Counted from the first letter of the stretch, positions 11,358 through 24,000 are shown. The stretch is 64,000 nucleotides of DNA from Camelus dromedarius (GCF_036321535.1 NC_087436.1:119414001-119478000); one strand, 5' to 3'. Numbers and translations are program-made. Notes: generated from the sequence alone by a model not told the origin.

Positions 11358-14014
11358 CACGTTTCTGTCTTCTATGGGCCTGCGGTGCTGGAAGGTTTAC
11401 CTCCAGCTACCCAGGCTACTCCTGAATTCATTTTTTTTCTCCTATTGCACAATTTCCAGAAGCAACCAGAGAAACCCATATTCTAGGCATTGTGTCCTAA
11501 AAATAAGAACTTGCATCTCCACAGGGAAATCTTTTACCCCAAGGAATCAAGACAGAAAAGATAAGCTTCCCTGGATTTCTGAAAGCCTTCGGGCCAGAGG
11601 GCGGCGCTTTTGAAATAAAGGACGGTGTAATCTGCCTTTGCCCGGCAGAGTCGGGCCCACTGCCAGACCACATGGAGTGTGTCAGCTGCTGGACCCTTTA
11701 CTCACACCCTGGCCCCTGGTGGCTCTGAACAGAAGCTGGGGACAAGGAGGGTAGCGGGGAGGATGGCGAGAGGCCAGGAGCTCCTGGATGGTGGGGGGAA
11801 CGCTGAGGCCTGGGCTGAGTGTCCTCACCTCCCAGTGCCTGTTTCCTCACCTGCAAAGTGAGGGTCAATGTGGCAGCTTGGCAGGTGTGGGGCTCACCTG
11901 GCAGGTGTGGTGATGGCGTGAAACAGCCAGCACAGCAGAGGGCACCTGGGGGAGCTGTTTCGAGCGCAGGGTTGAGAATGTTTTTTTCATTTAGTCAGCA
12001 GACACTGACGGAGCTTGCACTTGGGGGCTAGGGAAGAGGCAGGGGTGAAATGCGTGTTTGGGCACCTAGATCCCCACAGCTCCTGGAAGAGCTGTGGTGG
12101 CGGTTTGGCAGGGCAGGGGACCTCTGGCCTGGGTCGTGTGCCCAGCACTTGCCCCACCTGACCCTGGGCCCTTCCGTGTCTCTCTCTCTGAGCCTCAGTT
12201 TCCCCACTGAATGATGAGAGGGGTGGGCTGGACGATCCGTAAAGGTCCTGTCGGCTCTGACACTGCTTGTGACCCTTCTGGGGTCTGCACCTGGCCAGTT
12301 CCCATTCCCCTTGCAGGGGACGTGGCTGCCTCTGCGAGCTGCCACGTCTGCCTGCCCCCTGAGCCCGGGGTTCCATGGGGGCAGGAACTGTGGGCTGTCC
12401 GTCACGCTGGTGTCCCGAGCCCAGCAGGGGGCCAGCACAGATGGCTCCGGGCTTGTTTCCAGTGTCGGACATCCTGGGGTTCCCCACTCGTGGTTGGCGA
12501 GCTTGGGGAGGCTCAGAGGTCAGGCTTGGAGAAGGCCATCAGTGGGATCCCCGAGGTGTCCCAGCGCCTCTCCTCACCTTGGGTTCACAACACACTTTGT
12601 CTACATTATATTGCTGGGGAGATGCCAAGAGCTCCCCAAACATGCCAGAAACTGACAAAGCCAGGCAGTTTTTTCACATTTATCCATTGCTCTCGTGTAC
12701 TTTGACTCATTCAATCCTCACACAGACGGGGAGGTGGCGGTGCTGTGAGCCTTGTAGAGATAGGGAGAGTTGGGGAGGGGCTGGGAGGGAAGGTTTCAGG
12801 CTTAGCCAGGCCCAGTGCCTGGGATCGAAGAGACGGAGCTGAGGGCCTGCTGCTCACCTACAACAAGCAGCAGCTTTTCAGCCCCCAGAGGAACAGCCAG
12901 GCGAGAGATCACCCTGGGACCCCGGACACTAGGGCCGCGTGGGGAGCTGGGATGGCTTCACCAAGGCAGGCAGCGGTGAGCCGGCAGAGGGGGACAGGGT
13001 GCGAACCCCCCCACCCCATGCGGTTGTTGTCTCCACATCTGACACAGGGCGGCGGCGGTGAGGAGTGCCAAGAGGCGCTCAGATTCTGAGAGGTGCTGAG
13101 AGTGCATGCTGCCGCACAGCTCATCTTGTTCATTTTTAGTTTTATTATACTCAAGTTGCCATCAGGATTTATCTGAACACTTCTGGGTGCTGATGACAAG
13201 GGGAAAGAAATGGGTCAAACTGTACTAAGGGTGTTAAGTGCCAGATGGGCTCCAGGGAGGAGCTCTGAGTTGGGGAGCAGTGGAATGGGGAGACAGTGAG
13301 GGAAAGGCAGACAGGGGGCGCCAGATACAAATCCGTGGACCACAGACTTTTTGGTTCTGGATTTAGAACAATGATTCCTGCGACTGTGGGGTTTTAAAAC
13401 CCTAAGGCTCAGCATGAGGGCTGGAGGGGATTTGGGGAGTTGCAAAGAACACTGTAAAAGCAGATTTATTAATCCGATATATTAAAATCCTAATTAAGTC
13501 AGGCCCAAAGTCTACGTTCCTGTTAGTGTTTTCTTAAAATAAGCTAGGAAGGGCACACTGGGGTTTGAAGGGGACCTGATATTATTTTTCCTCAGAACAT
13601 CCAGAAATGTAAGCATTTATAAAGTTTCTATGATGCTCTAACCGCTGTGAAGTGTGTTAATGTATTCTGTTAACAGATTTCCTTTTTAAAGTACTCACCC
13701 CTCCTGCCACTATAAACTAAGAGGTGCTAAGAGTTTTTAGAACTATGACCCAGACAGGAGAAACAAGTCGGGGTTCTCTGGCCCATTGCTGATGACCACA
13801 GCTCAAATGCACCTCCCACTGCATGTTTCCAGATGCTGTGATGGAGAGATTACCCTTCCTATCCCTGACCGCTCTGCTAGGTGCAGCTGTCGTCCCTGGG
13901 AGCTTTCCTGTCTGGTAATGCTGCCTGTAACAGCCCTCAGGGCTCCTGGTTGGAAGGAGCCAAGCCTAGTGTGGAACCCAAGCTTTCCAGCTTCCCACCA
14001 CTGGAGTCTTTCCT

Positions 14015-14130
14015 CTTTTTATTTATTTATTATTAGTTTTTTTTTTTTTTTTTTTGTAATGGAGGTACTGGGGATTGAAACCCAAACCTAGTGCATGCGA
14101 AACACTTTACCACTGAGCTATACCCTCTCT
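14015..14130 (-). mobile_element. Vic-1-type camelid SINE
   Basis: Poly-T followed by aatggaggtactggggattgaaacccaaacctagtgcatgcg...taccactgagctataccc. Confidence 0.88.
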
Positions 14131-14516
14131 CCACCCCCACCATTCTTTCTTCTTGCTTTGATGTCCCCAGAATATAATAATTCAACAAATATTTAAGTGC
14201 CTACTATTTGCCAGGCTCAGGGAACATACCAGTAAAGATAAGCCCAATTTGGCTCAGGAAGCCTACATCCTCGACGCGGGATGAGGAAGGGGTCAGTTAC
14301 TAGGGAACAAGAGCTTTCTTATTCAGGGCCTTGCCTGATCTTAGAAGGCGGTCTGGGTAGGGGCAACTGGCTTCCGATCCCTTTCAGCTACTGACTGGAC
14401 CTGCGACCTTGGATAAGGGACTTCATCTCCCACCCTGCACAGGGGTTTGGATCACAGACCCTGTCTCTGGAGTTTCTGCAATGTTGTTGGTAAGTAGTGT
14501 ACATGAACGCTAGGCC

Positions 14517-14675
14517 AGTGGTTCCCAAACTTGTCTGCACATCACACAGCTTTCAAAACTCGTATCTCACCTCCAGAGACTGTGATGTAGTTGGCCTAGG
14601 GCATGGCCTGGACTTTGAAATTTTCAAGATCCTCAGGCGATACTAAAGTGCAGACAAGTTTGGGGAACTTAAGCA
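14517..14675. mobile_element. MER5A-like hAT-Charlie DNA transposon relic
   Basis: cagtggttcccaaacttgtctgcac...gtgcagacaagtttggggaac terminal inverted repeats. Confidence 0.8.
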
Positions 14676-14899
14676 CTAGGCATTGTGTAACAGCTTAATA
14701 AAAGAGAACTCCCTGAAAAGCCCGTTTCACAGATGAAGACACTAAGGCCGGGCAGACATCAAAGCGACGTCCAGGAGGCTGCACGTCTCGGGTGAGAGCT
14801 CTGACCCAGCCCACCAGACCTCTCTCCTGCGTCCAGGTCCGGGCCGGGACCCTCCTCCCCATCATGCCTGCCCTGGGGCAGGGGCGCCCATCGATGCGC

Positions 14900-15000
14900 T
14901 CCGCCGCTCGGCTCCCCACGCCTGGTCCCTGCCCGCTCGTGCCCCTTCCCCCTCCCGGCCGCTTCCCACTTCCAAGATGGCCGCGGGTGGAGCCGACCAG
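14900..15000 (+). other. TBC1D14: Candidate first exon 1a (5' UTR, start approximate)
   Basis: Strong donor CAG|GTAAGG at 15000/15001 inside the CpG island, just after a CACTTCC + CAAGATGGC (ETS/YY1-like) motif. The TSS cannot be determined from sequence. Confidence 0.55.
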
Positions 15001-15248
15001 GTAAGGAAGCCCCTGGCGGGTGTCCACGGGGGCTCTGCGGGCATGAAGATCTCCTCAGGCTTCCCCTCGCGGCCCCACTTGGCCTTCGGGAGAGAAAAGG
15101 ACTGGCAAAGCCGCCCCGAGGCCCACGGCGGGCGGGCAAGCGGGCCAGAGGAGGGGCAGCAGGACGAGCGTCGAGCTCCAGGAGCGGCGGCGGCGGCGCG
15201 GCGGGGGGCGGCAGCCCGGGCGGAAGATCGGCCGCGCAGGCAGGGGGC

Positions 15249-15368
15249 GGGGCGGGGCGAGGGCGCGCGGGGCGGGGCGAGGGCGCGCGGGGCGGGGCGA
15301 GGGCGCGCGGGGCGGGGCGAGGGCGCGCGGGGCGGGGCGAGGGCGCGCGGGGCGGGGCGAGGGCGCGC
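15249..15368 (+). repeat. Perfect minisatellite, 6 x GGGGCGGGGCGAGGGCGCGC
   Basis: Six exact 20-bp copies read directly. Confidence 0.97.
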
Positions 15369-15394
15369 GCCGCTGTTAGCCGCGGGCGGCTAGC

Positions 15395-15522
15395 TAGCAC
15401 CTGCCCGCCCGGCCCGCCGCCTGCAGCGCCCGGTGTCCTCGCCGCGCAAGTTGCGGGTCCCGTGGGGCCTGGGCTGCGGGCCCGCGGGCCCCGGGGATGG
15501 CGTCGGAGCCGCGCTAACTCCG
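15395..15522 (+). other. TBC1D14: Candidate first exon 1b (5' UTR, start approximate)
   Basis: Begins just downstream of the GC-box array; donor CCG|GTACGG at 15522/15523. An alternative donor CGG|GTCAGG at 15636/15637 cannot be excluded. Confidence 0.5.
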
Positions 15523-15586
15523 GTACGGAGGGCCCCCGGCGAGGGCTGGACCGAGAGGGAGAGAGGGGGCCTCGGCGCGCGGGGCC

Positions 15587-15601
15587 GCTGCCACCTGCTG
15601 C
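15587..15601 (-). promoter_or_regulatory. CTCF-like motif (GCAGCAGGTGGCAGC on the minus strand)
   Basis: One mismatch from the CCAGCAGGTGGCAGC core, inside the CpG island. Motif only, no binding evidence. Confidence 0.35.
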
Positions 15602-15899
15602 AGCGTCGGCCGGAGCCGGGAGGCGGCCTGAGGCGGGTCAGGGCGGGTCTCCCGGGTTCAGGTCCAGCCTGGGCGCCCCCTCGCCGCGCGAGTGCTGCTT
15701 CCTCTCGCGCCGGGAAGCGCGTGGGGCCCGGGGAACATCGCGGGGCCCGGGCTGCTCTCGGCTCGTCCGTTCCTGGGTGAGACGCGCGCCCTTGACACCC
15801 TCCTTTTCCGGAACTTGAAGAAAAGTTTTCCCCCTCAGACGCGCCGGGCTCCCCCGCCGGGAGAGGAGCCGGCTTGGCGCTCGGAGCCGCGCACCCGAC

Positions 15900-16120
15900 C
15901 CCGGGACCCCCTCCACCTCGGGCCCCGGACCCCCGGGACCCTTGCCACCTCGGATTCCCTGACCCACGGGAGCCCCCTCCACCTCGAAGCTTCCCAGTCC
16001 CTGGGACCCCCTCCACCTCGGAGCCCCAGACCTCTCTGAGATCCCCCTGCACGTCGGGTTCCAGACCCCCTTGCTTCTCATATCGTCCTTTGGCTATAGA
16101 CACTCCCCACCTCGGACCCC
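15900..16120 (+). repeat. Degenerate ~33-bp minisatellite with core CCACCTCGG
   Basis: Core at 15913, 15945, 15979, 16013, 16049 (GCACGTCGG) and 16107; several copies are preceded by GGGACCC-like sequence. Confidence 0.75.
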
Positions 16121-17904
16121 CTAGTCTCCAGGCCATGTACTCCTTTTTGCTTCAGAGACCCCAGTTCCTGGGCTACAGCCCCCCCCCCCCCCGCCTCGGA
16201 GAGCCTGAGACCCTGAGACCCAGAGACCCAGGCCTGAGGAGCCTTCGCACTGGGAGGGCTGAGAGGCAGGAGGCTGGGGTGGGGGCAGGGAGCTGCGGGG
16301 AGGAAGGAATGGGAGGGTAGCTCCACGCTGTGGGGTGAGGCCAGGAGGAAGGCTCCTCGGGAAGCTGCAGGACTGGCCGGCAGACTCCAGACCCCAGGCT
16401 CGGGTAGTGAGCATTTTAGTGGTCGGATCCTTGCGTGGCCGTGGGAAACCATTTCTGTTTTAAAATTGCACAGGCACCGTTTGCTCCACCGTGGAAGTGG
16501 AAGCTTTGCTTTGGAAAGTTCTATGTGCAGGAGGCTGTTTGTTTACTGAGGCTAGCTGAGGAGGGTGGTGTCTTGGGTCCCGTGTCTGCAGAATGTTGGC
16601 ACTTCACTGTTATCTTGGCTGCCTTTATGGAGGGTGGGTTGCTGCTGGGCACTGCTCAGTGTGAGTGCTGGCCACTGCTAGGTGCTTTGCATGGACCAGG
16701 CCAGACCTTACAACAGTCACTTCCTCTTGCTCAGTTTATCTGACCAGTACCAACCCATGTCTCAGTTTGGGTATGACTTCTTCCCAACTTTTTCTTAGAC
16801 CCCTCCCACCTTGGTTGTTCCCCCTCCTCCTCTCCCCACAGCAAAGGCTGTCTTACTACTGTCTTGGTTGTGATGTTTGACCCCTTGAAGTTGTGGGCTC
16901 CACCTGAGTCCCAGCCCTAATGAGAATCTAGCATGTGCTTGGGGTTCAGGGTTATTGATTGAATGCACTTTGGGAGACATTAAGGGAGGTAAAGTAAGTG
17001 GTCTAGGGTCACCCAGTTGGAGAGAGGCGAGGATGAGTGTCACTGGGCCAGGCTCTGCTCATCCTAGTGTCCTTCATGGTCCCAGCAGGTTCTGGCGGGT
17101 CACTTCTCAGCACTTTCTTGCTCCATGTCAGTGAAACTTGAGTTTTTACAATTTGCCCCCCCCCGCCCTCCACCCTTCCACTTCTCCATCTCTCCATCCC
17201 ACTGTCCCTCCCCTTTGTCCAGCAAGTGAATTCCTGTCCTTCATGCCTCCGCTTTCCCCTTGCCTGTGCTCTGTTGAAGGCTTCTCTAGTGGGAGGACAC
17301 AGCTTATCAGAGCAAGTTGTTCCAGAATCTCTCCCCTGTTGGTCAGAGCTGCTGACCGTCACGTCCCCAGCCTGAGCACAGAGGATGCCTACCCAGCACG
17401 TCGTGGGTGCTTGTGGAGCTTTGAGAGCTTGGTGAAGATTCATCATCAGAATAGACATTTATACATATGTATAACGTGTAAAAGGGGATTTTAGGAAAAT
17501 GAGTATGTGTTGTCTGTTAACATGTGTTTAAGTTTCTAGGGCCTGGGCTGTTTAGAATTCTAGACTGTGAGGTTGGCAGGACCTCGGGTAGATCAGCCGG
17601 GCCAGTCACCTCATTCTACAGATGGGGCAGCTGAGGCCCAGCACTCACCAGTGCCACATAGCAAGTGTGAGGAGAGACACTGGTGACAGGAAGAAGCCGT
17701 ACAGTGCGGCTGTGCGCACGTACACCTGCATGTCTGGGCTTGCTCATGCAAATGAGCTGCTAAAATAGTGGGCCTGAGCTGGCTGGCCCTGTCGGGTGCC
17801 CAGGGAAGAGTGACACCAGCCAGCATCTTCTGAAGCAGGATTCTAAAGACTTTATGTGGATTTCTTCCCCTCGTCTTGTCAACTGCCTGATGAGACATGG
17901 TCTG

Positions 17905-18025
17905 TAATTGTCCCCATTTTACTAGATGGAAATTGAGGCACAGAGAAGTTAGGAAGCGAGTCCACGGTCGCAGAACTGGGAAGTGCAGGAGCCAGGATTT
18001 GACCCCAGGCAGTCTTCCTCCATAA
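17905..18025 (-). mobile_element. MIR SINE
   Basis: ccccattttactagatggaaattgaggcacagagaagttagg...gagccaggatttgaccccaggcagtct. Confidence 0.8.
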
Positions 18026-21000
18026 CCTGCGTTATTTTTTCCCCTTCTGTCTCTTTAGTTTTAAAAGTTTTCTATTGAAGTCTAACATACATACAGAGAA
18101 GTCTAAATATTGGTGTGTTCAGCTCATTGATTATCACAAAGTTGGGGGTCATGTTCTTAAGTACTCCAGCAAGCCATGTATGGGCTTTGATGTCAGACCT
18201 GGTCTGAATACCATTTCTCTTGCTGTGTGACCTTGGGTGAGTTACTCAGCTTCTCTGAATCTCACAGTTTCCTCAGTGTACTTGGCAGGCTTGTGGTGAT
18301 TAGCGCCTGTGATCGCACCTAGTGTGTTCGGTGTATGGTAAATGTTCAGTAGGTTGTTTATCTTATTAATAATTAAGATTATAAATTATGTTTGCTCTGT
18401 TAAGTGGTCTGAATATCTTCCTAACTTGTCAGTTGCCTCTCAATCACGTTGCAGGTACTTAACGGTGATTAGTTTTGGTAAATCACTCCATGTAGCTGAC
18501 ACATTTGGGGGAGTGGGGGAACCTCCCTGTGCACTGAGAATTCTTAATGTAAAGTGTCCCACCTGTGCATTTTAAACATAACCACCTTTGGACAATGTAA
18601 GTGAAATATCTGTTTCTTAGCATTGGGAAGGAGCCTTTGGGGACCCTCCACAGTTTAACCCCAGTTTCGGCCTGGTTTGCTGATGGACTGAAGCTTATTA
18701 AACAACATTGTGTTGCGTTCTAGGTGCCTCAAAGTTGCTGTTCACCCTCCAGAGAAATATACTGAGCTTCCAGAAAAAATTTTAGTATTATTTTTATCCT
18801 AAAGAATAACTCATTTAAAAACCAAACTACTTTTATAGTTGATTTTTCCATTTTACATAATGTGAATTAATCCATTATTTTAGGCCTCTTGTGCAGCAGT
18901 GGAAAGAGTAAGCACCTTAGAGTCAGATCCAGGTCAGCCCAGCAGGACCACTTCATTATACATTCCATTTGTGCCTGGTCTTCTTGTCCGTGAGGTGCTG
19001 ATGACGGTGTCCCCAGCTCTTGGGCTGCTGTGGAGGTTACATAGGTGGTGGGCGTGAACACCGAGCACAGTGCCCGACATGTTGTAACGCACACTTGGTG
19101 GGCAGGGGCGGCAGCTCGTGCTTATTGTTCCTGCCGAGGCACCTGAGACCCAGAACGTCCTGTGCCTTTCTCCCCAGGGTCCTTTCTGCCTAAGCCAGGA
19201 CTTGAATTTAAAAGAGGAGACTCACAGTGCTTGGTGCTTGTGGAGCCTCTACAGAACAGGCCGAGTCACGTGGGAGATGTCACACAGGCCAGTGGGCTCT
19301 CCTTGGTGTCAGGTCCATGGTCGAGATGAAGGCCTGGGGGAGCCACCACTCCTGTGGGGAGCCTGGCAGTCCCACTAGACTCCTCTCCAGGAAACATGAA
19401 AGGCCTGTGAGAGGCCGTCTGGAGAGTGATGTAGGTGTCGCAGAGAGAAGACTCAGGTCGGGCCCTCCCTGCAGAACCCTGGGCAGCTCCCTGCATCTGG
19501 CTCAGCACTGTGTATTTGCCGTCCGTGAAGTGATGGAGTGCAGTCTGTTCCTCCACGGGAGGGGTGAGGATTTGAGGAGGTGTTTGATGTCTGCATTGGG
19601 ACTGTGTAAGTAGCAGAGCTTACCAAGGGCCTTGGGGTCACAGACTTGGGCTCAGGCCTCAGCTGCTGCCACATTAAAGTGCAGACCTGGGTCAGCTGTG
19701 TGCCTCAGTTTCCTCCTCTGTGTGGGGGGATAATACCTGGCAGAAAGGGCTGCAGAACAGAATGGCACGTTAAGAGCTTAGAGCAGTGCCTGGCCCTCAT
19801 GAAGTTGTAGTTCTGTGGTGATGCTCTGGTGTTGTCAGGTGTTGCAGACCTAATTCCTGCTCTCTGTGACACACGTGCCCTCATGCCATGGCTGAAAGAA
19901 GGGAGCCGACTGTGTGACTTGAGCGACAAGGTGCGGAAATCTGGCAGAGCTTGGTTGATGGGAGGCTTGGCAGATAAGATGAGTGCACCCTCCTTGGAGG
20001 ATCTGAGGGTGCAGCACTGTCTGTCTCCCGTGCTAATGGGGGTGCAAGGAGGCCACTCTCCTCCGCAGTATCCAGAGAGGAGCAGAGACAAGGGAGTCTG
20101 AGTGTAGCACACGTCCCGTGGACAGGAAGGAGCCACGGAGGATGAGTGCCAGAGGATGTCTGCATGGATGGGCAGCGTTATGTCTCCCTGAAGCCACCAG
20201 GGAGTGGATTTTTTCCCCCAGGGACATAACCAAGTCATTCAGTTTTGGTTTCATAAACTGTTCCTTTTACTTATGAAGCCTTAGTCAAGACCTAGTTCCA
20301 TTACTTTTTAAGGAGGAGAGAATTCAACTGTTGCTTCAACATGGGCTTGTTTTCCAAAGCCTCATTCAGAGTCACTGGCAGAGCTGCTGTCCACTTTCTG
20401 ACTCATATTAAGCTAAAGAAGGGGCCCTTATGGAGTGTTCCAATCTCTTGGGACACTTTCCCTCTTTGCTTCCATCAGGACTCAGTTTCATGACAGGTCA
20501 GTAAAAACAGGTCCGATGGTCTTGTTGCCTGGAGTGAGCAGTTCTCCTTGTATCCGTGCTGGACATCCTGTGTCTCTCGTCGAGGCTGGGATGGCTGCTC
20601 ATCCTCAGACTTGTATCTGGTGTGGGCCTTGCCTGGGCACCGCCGAGAGCTGAGGGCGTGCCGCCGTGGCCACTGCCCGGGAGTTGTATGAGACTCTGGG
20701 AAGCAACTGCAGAGGGAAATTCATTTTGCTTTCCTGAGCTGTCGGGTTCTGACTATGTTCCCTGTTGTCTGGACTCGCAGCTGACACAGCGCACAGGACG
20801 GTCATCGCTTACTTGCTGGGTCTGCTGCCGGTAGCTCTTCTGTGACCTCCGCTGCCTCGCCTTGTTCTTGAAACACAACCCAGCTCTCGACAGGTGTTTC
20901 TTGGGTGGACTGTCCTGAAACCTGTCCACTTAGAATGTAGTTATTAGTAATAATTAAGTCAGCAAGGAGACTTTTGAGTCCTTAACCACGTCAGGCAGTA

Positions 21001-24000
21001 GTATCCAGAAACCATTAGCATGTGACCTCCTGAAGCTTAGAAGCCAGGGGAGAGAGACATGGGAACTGCTGTACATGCAGTTGTTGTAGGTGAGGTGTGG
21101 CCACGAAGAGCCTAGGAGGAAGGAGGACCTGCAGCTTCCTGGAAGAATCAGGGAAGGCTTCTCAGTGGAGGTGGCCTTGTAAGGGTGCTGTGTCTCTGTG
21201 GCGCATGCGGGTGGACCCCCAGGGGCGCTGATGGCCGGGCAGGGAAGAGTACCTGAGGCAGTGCCACAGTACGTCTGGGTGTTGAGAGGGGTGAGGGTGA
21301 CATTAAGCAGCTGGTGAGGCTCGTAGGCTGAGCAGGAAGGCCCTGTGCCAGCCTGGGGAATTTAGACTTACCGTGTCTTTAGAAAACGTGTGACTTGGAG
21401 GCAGGCCATCTGCAGCTGGCCTCTCGGCTGGCCTCCAAAGTCCACCCTGCAGCCTCTCTCGGAAGCATGCCCTTTGTGTGTGCAGCCCCCCTACTGCAGG
21501 GCCCATCGGAAGGCAGGTGCTCTGGAGTGCAGCTTCTGGTTTTATGGCAATGGTGGCAGCAGGTGGAAGGGTTTGAGGACAGATGGCCTTGGCCCCTGCA
21601 GAGTTTGGTTTTAGAGTATGTTGCATGTGGAAGTAGTTTTTTCCTTTTAGGTTTATTTGTCCAAAGGCTGACATTCTGTTCCTGAGGCATAAGGAACTTA
21701 AACTGGACTTGGAACCATCAGAGGCCTCAGAGGCCCCTCAGTTTCCCCTAGCAGAGTCCCTCGGGCTGCCCTCCATGGCCCCCAAGGCAGAGGAAAGGGG
21801 AAGGACCAGGCCACCGCCAGGCGGCTTTGCACTCTGTGTAAACTTGTTTCTCTCTTCCCTCTGCTTCCATCTTGGCAGCTCAGAGGAGAAGGGCTCCTTG
21901 GGTTCACTGAACTCACTTGTTACGTGTTCCTGTCTATTCTAGTGTCAAAATTTCAGTTTAAATTCTTTTTCAGGTATTCCAGCTCTTTATGTGGCTAAAG
22001 TAGAGGAAATTCACATTTATTGGGCACCTACTGTATGTCAGGTGCCAGTGTGCCAGTGTGTCACCAAACCTTCTCATTTAATTTATCATCAGACAAGCCT
22101 GTGAGTTACATGGTATTGTCTCGTTTTACCGCCGGGGAGGCGGGAAGTTGAGGCTCAGAGGCACCTCCCTGGCTGGTGAGGGGCAGAGCAGCGTCTCAGC
22201 TGGGCCTCTCCGGCTCCTAGCTCTGCTCGCCGGGAGGATTTCTTCTTGTGTTTATGGCTTTTTGCCAGTTTGACCTGTTGGAGTGTTGATGGTGTTTTGA
22301 TAATTCTAATTACCTTTGACGTTGCCAAAGATGAGCTTTTAACTATGTGCCAAAGATGTTTCTTACTGTATTTTCTTTTTAATTAAAAAATGTAGAACTT
22401 TTAAATTTATGTACTGATTTGTCTTCATGTGCCTCCTGTTGTGAAGTCTGTTGTTTCACAGAGTGGTTCCTGGAGCAGGGTTCCAGAGGTAGTTTGCTGT
22501 GGCCTTGCCTGGGAGGAGGTCCTGGCTGGGGACTCAGGGTGAGGGCTCCAGCCTAGGAAATTCAGGGCAGTGTGAACTGCAGAGCATCTAAAACACGTTC
22601 TCGTGTGGTGAGATGATGCCGGATCCTCTTGGATTATGAGCTGGGTTTTGCTCTGTAGCTCAGAGAAGCGTTCTACTTTGTGCAGCACTTCTATAGTCTC
22701 ATTTTTGTATTAAGCTCTAATTTTGTTGGTATTTTTGTTTTGGTGTAGTGCAGTGTGGTTCTGCCTTCTAAGAAAAATTGATAACCAATTAGCAAGACAC
22801 CATGATTAAATAATCCTTCCTTACTCAGTGGGTCACATCTCAGGTTTTTATATATAGTTCAGTCTATTTCTGAATTCTGCATTTGAATTCATTCCTTCTT
22901 ATTTCTATTTTTGCTCCAGTGCTGCACTGTCTGCCTTGTTCCTTTAGTTTCTGGGAGGGAGGGAGATGATTGCTCCCCCCGTTTCTGCTTTTAATGAATT
23001 TGCTTTTGCTGTGTTGACATTGAGAGGCAGGTCAGGCTTCCGGAAGGGGAGCGAGAAGCTCACTGCAAAAGCTAAAATAACACCCCAAAGGCAGTGGTTA
23101 TCAGGGTTATTGCCAGGCTTCAAACCTTCACCTCCTTGCTGTTTAATGATAACAGCTCCCAGCAGGGTGCCTGCTGGGGTGGGGGTAATGCTGGCGGGGG
23201 GGCTCCTGCATGCTTTTCCCATGGTACCTTATTTAATTCTCCCAGGGCAGTCTAGTGGAGCTGGGGTTGGGACCCAGAGATGTCTGAGTCCAAAGTTCCA
23301 TTCTTTACGTTTTTCTAATCCATGGATCAAATTTAAATGCACCCCCAGATTTCTGTAGTTTTTGACATTTTTAAGGACAGCAGAAGGTAACATAACTTAT
23401 GTCAGGGTTCTTAGTCCACTGGGGACCTGGCTGCCCAAGCTGGTGCACCTCCCATCCCCTCATCGCCACCCCAGTCTTGGGCCAGAGAACTGTAGGCAGG
23501 GCATATGTGTCGCTGGCAGCTCTGACTCAACTTGCTTAGGTGTTTACTGCAGGTTCATGGTCTTTATTTTTTCCTTTGTTGTTTTTTGTCTGTACTGAGC
23601 CAGCCTTCTGATCTGGGTTTTTATAACCCCAGACTTAGCCATTCATCTGCTGGGTATGGCTTGTTTTGGGGTCAGTCATTTAGATCCAGCTCTGCTGCTA
23701 AGTAGCAGTATGATCTTGGATCTGTTTCCTAACCTCTCTGAACCTCACTTTCTTCCATGGTAAAAGGGATGATGTGCCCTGCCCTGCAGACCTGAGTAAG
23801 GGGACTAAAGCATCGTGGAGAGCCATGGCTAACTTGGATGTGTTTGGGGTAATCTCACTGCACAAGGTGTACACAGTCATCTGTCTTGATGAAGACCTTT
23901 TGATTTTTATGCTGTCTCAGAACAAGCAGAACCTTGACTTACGTTTAGGTTTTGAATTCACATACTTTTATGGGTATCCTGTTTCTCATTAAAAAACACA

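Larger units (their letters stand above)
14840..16130. promoter_or_regulatory. TBC1D14: CpG island / TBC1D14 promoter region
   Basis: Very high GC and dense CpG, sharply different from the flanks. Contains many GGGGCGGGGC boxes, a YY1-like CAAGATGGCCGC (14973-14984) and splice donors at 15001 and 15523. Lies ~9 kb upstream of the first coding exon. Confidence 0.9.

Noticed and set aside
15249..15368. CRISPR-like array
   Set aside because: Head-to-tail identical units with no spacers, in a mammalian genome with no cas genes.
14759..16320. ORFs of 115-248 aa on both strands across the CpG island
   Set aside because: Result of stop-codon scarcity and the tandem repeats; low-complexity products.
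22960..23160. Enhancer-like cluster (GCTAAAATAAC, GATA, TTCCGGAA, AGGTCA)
   Set aside because: The MEF2-like site is one base short and the other motifs are too short to be significant without conservation data.
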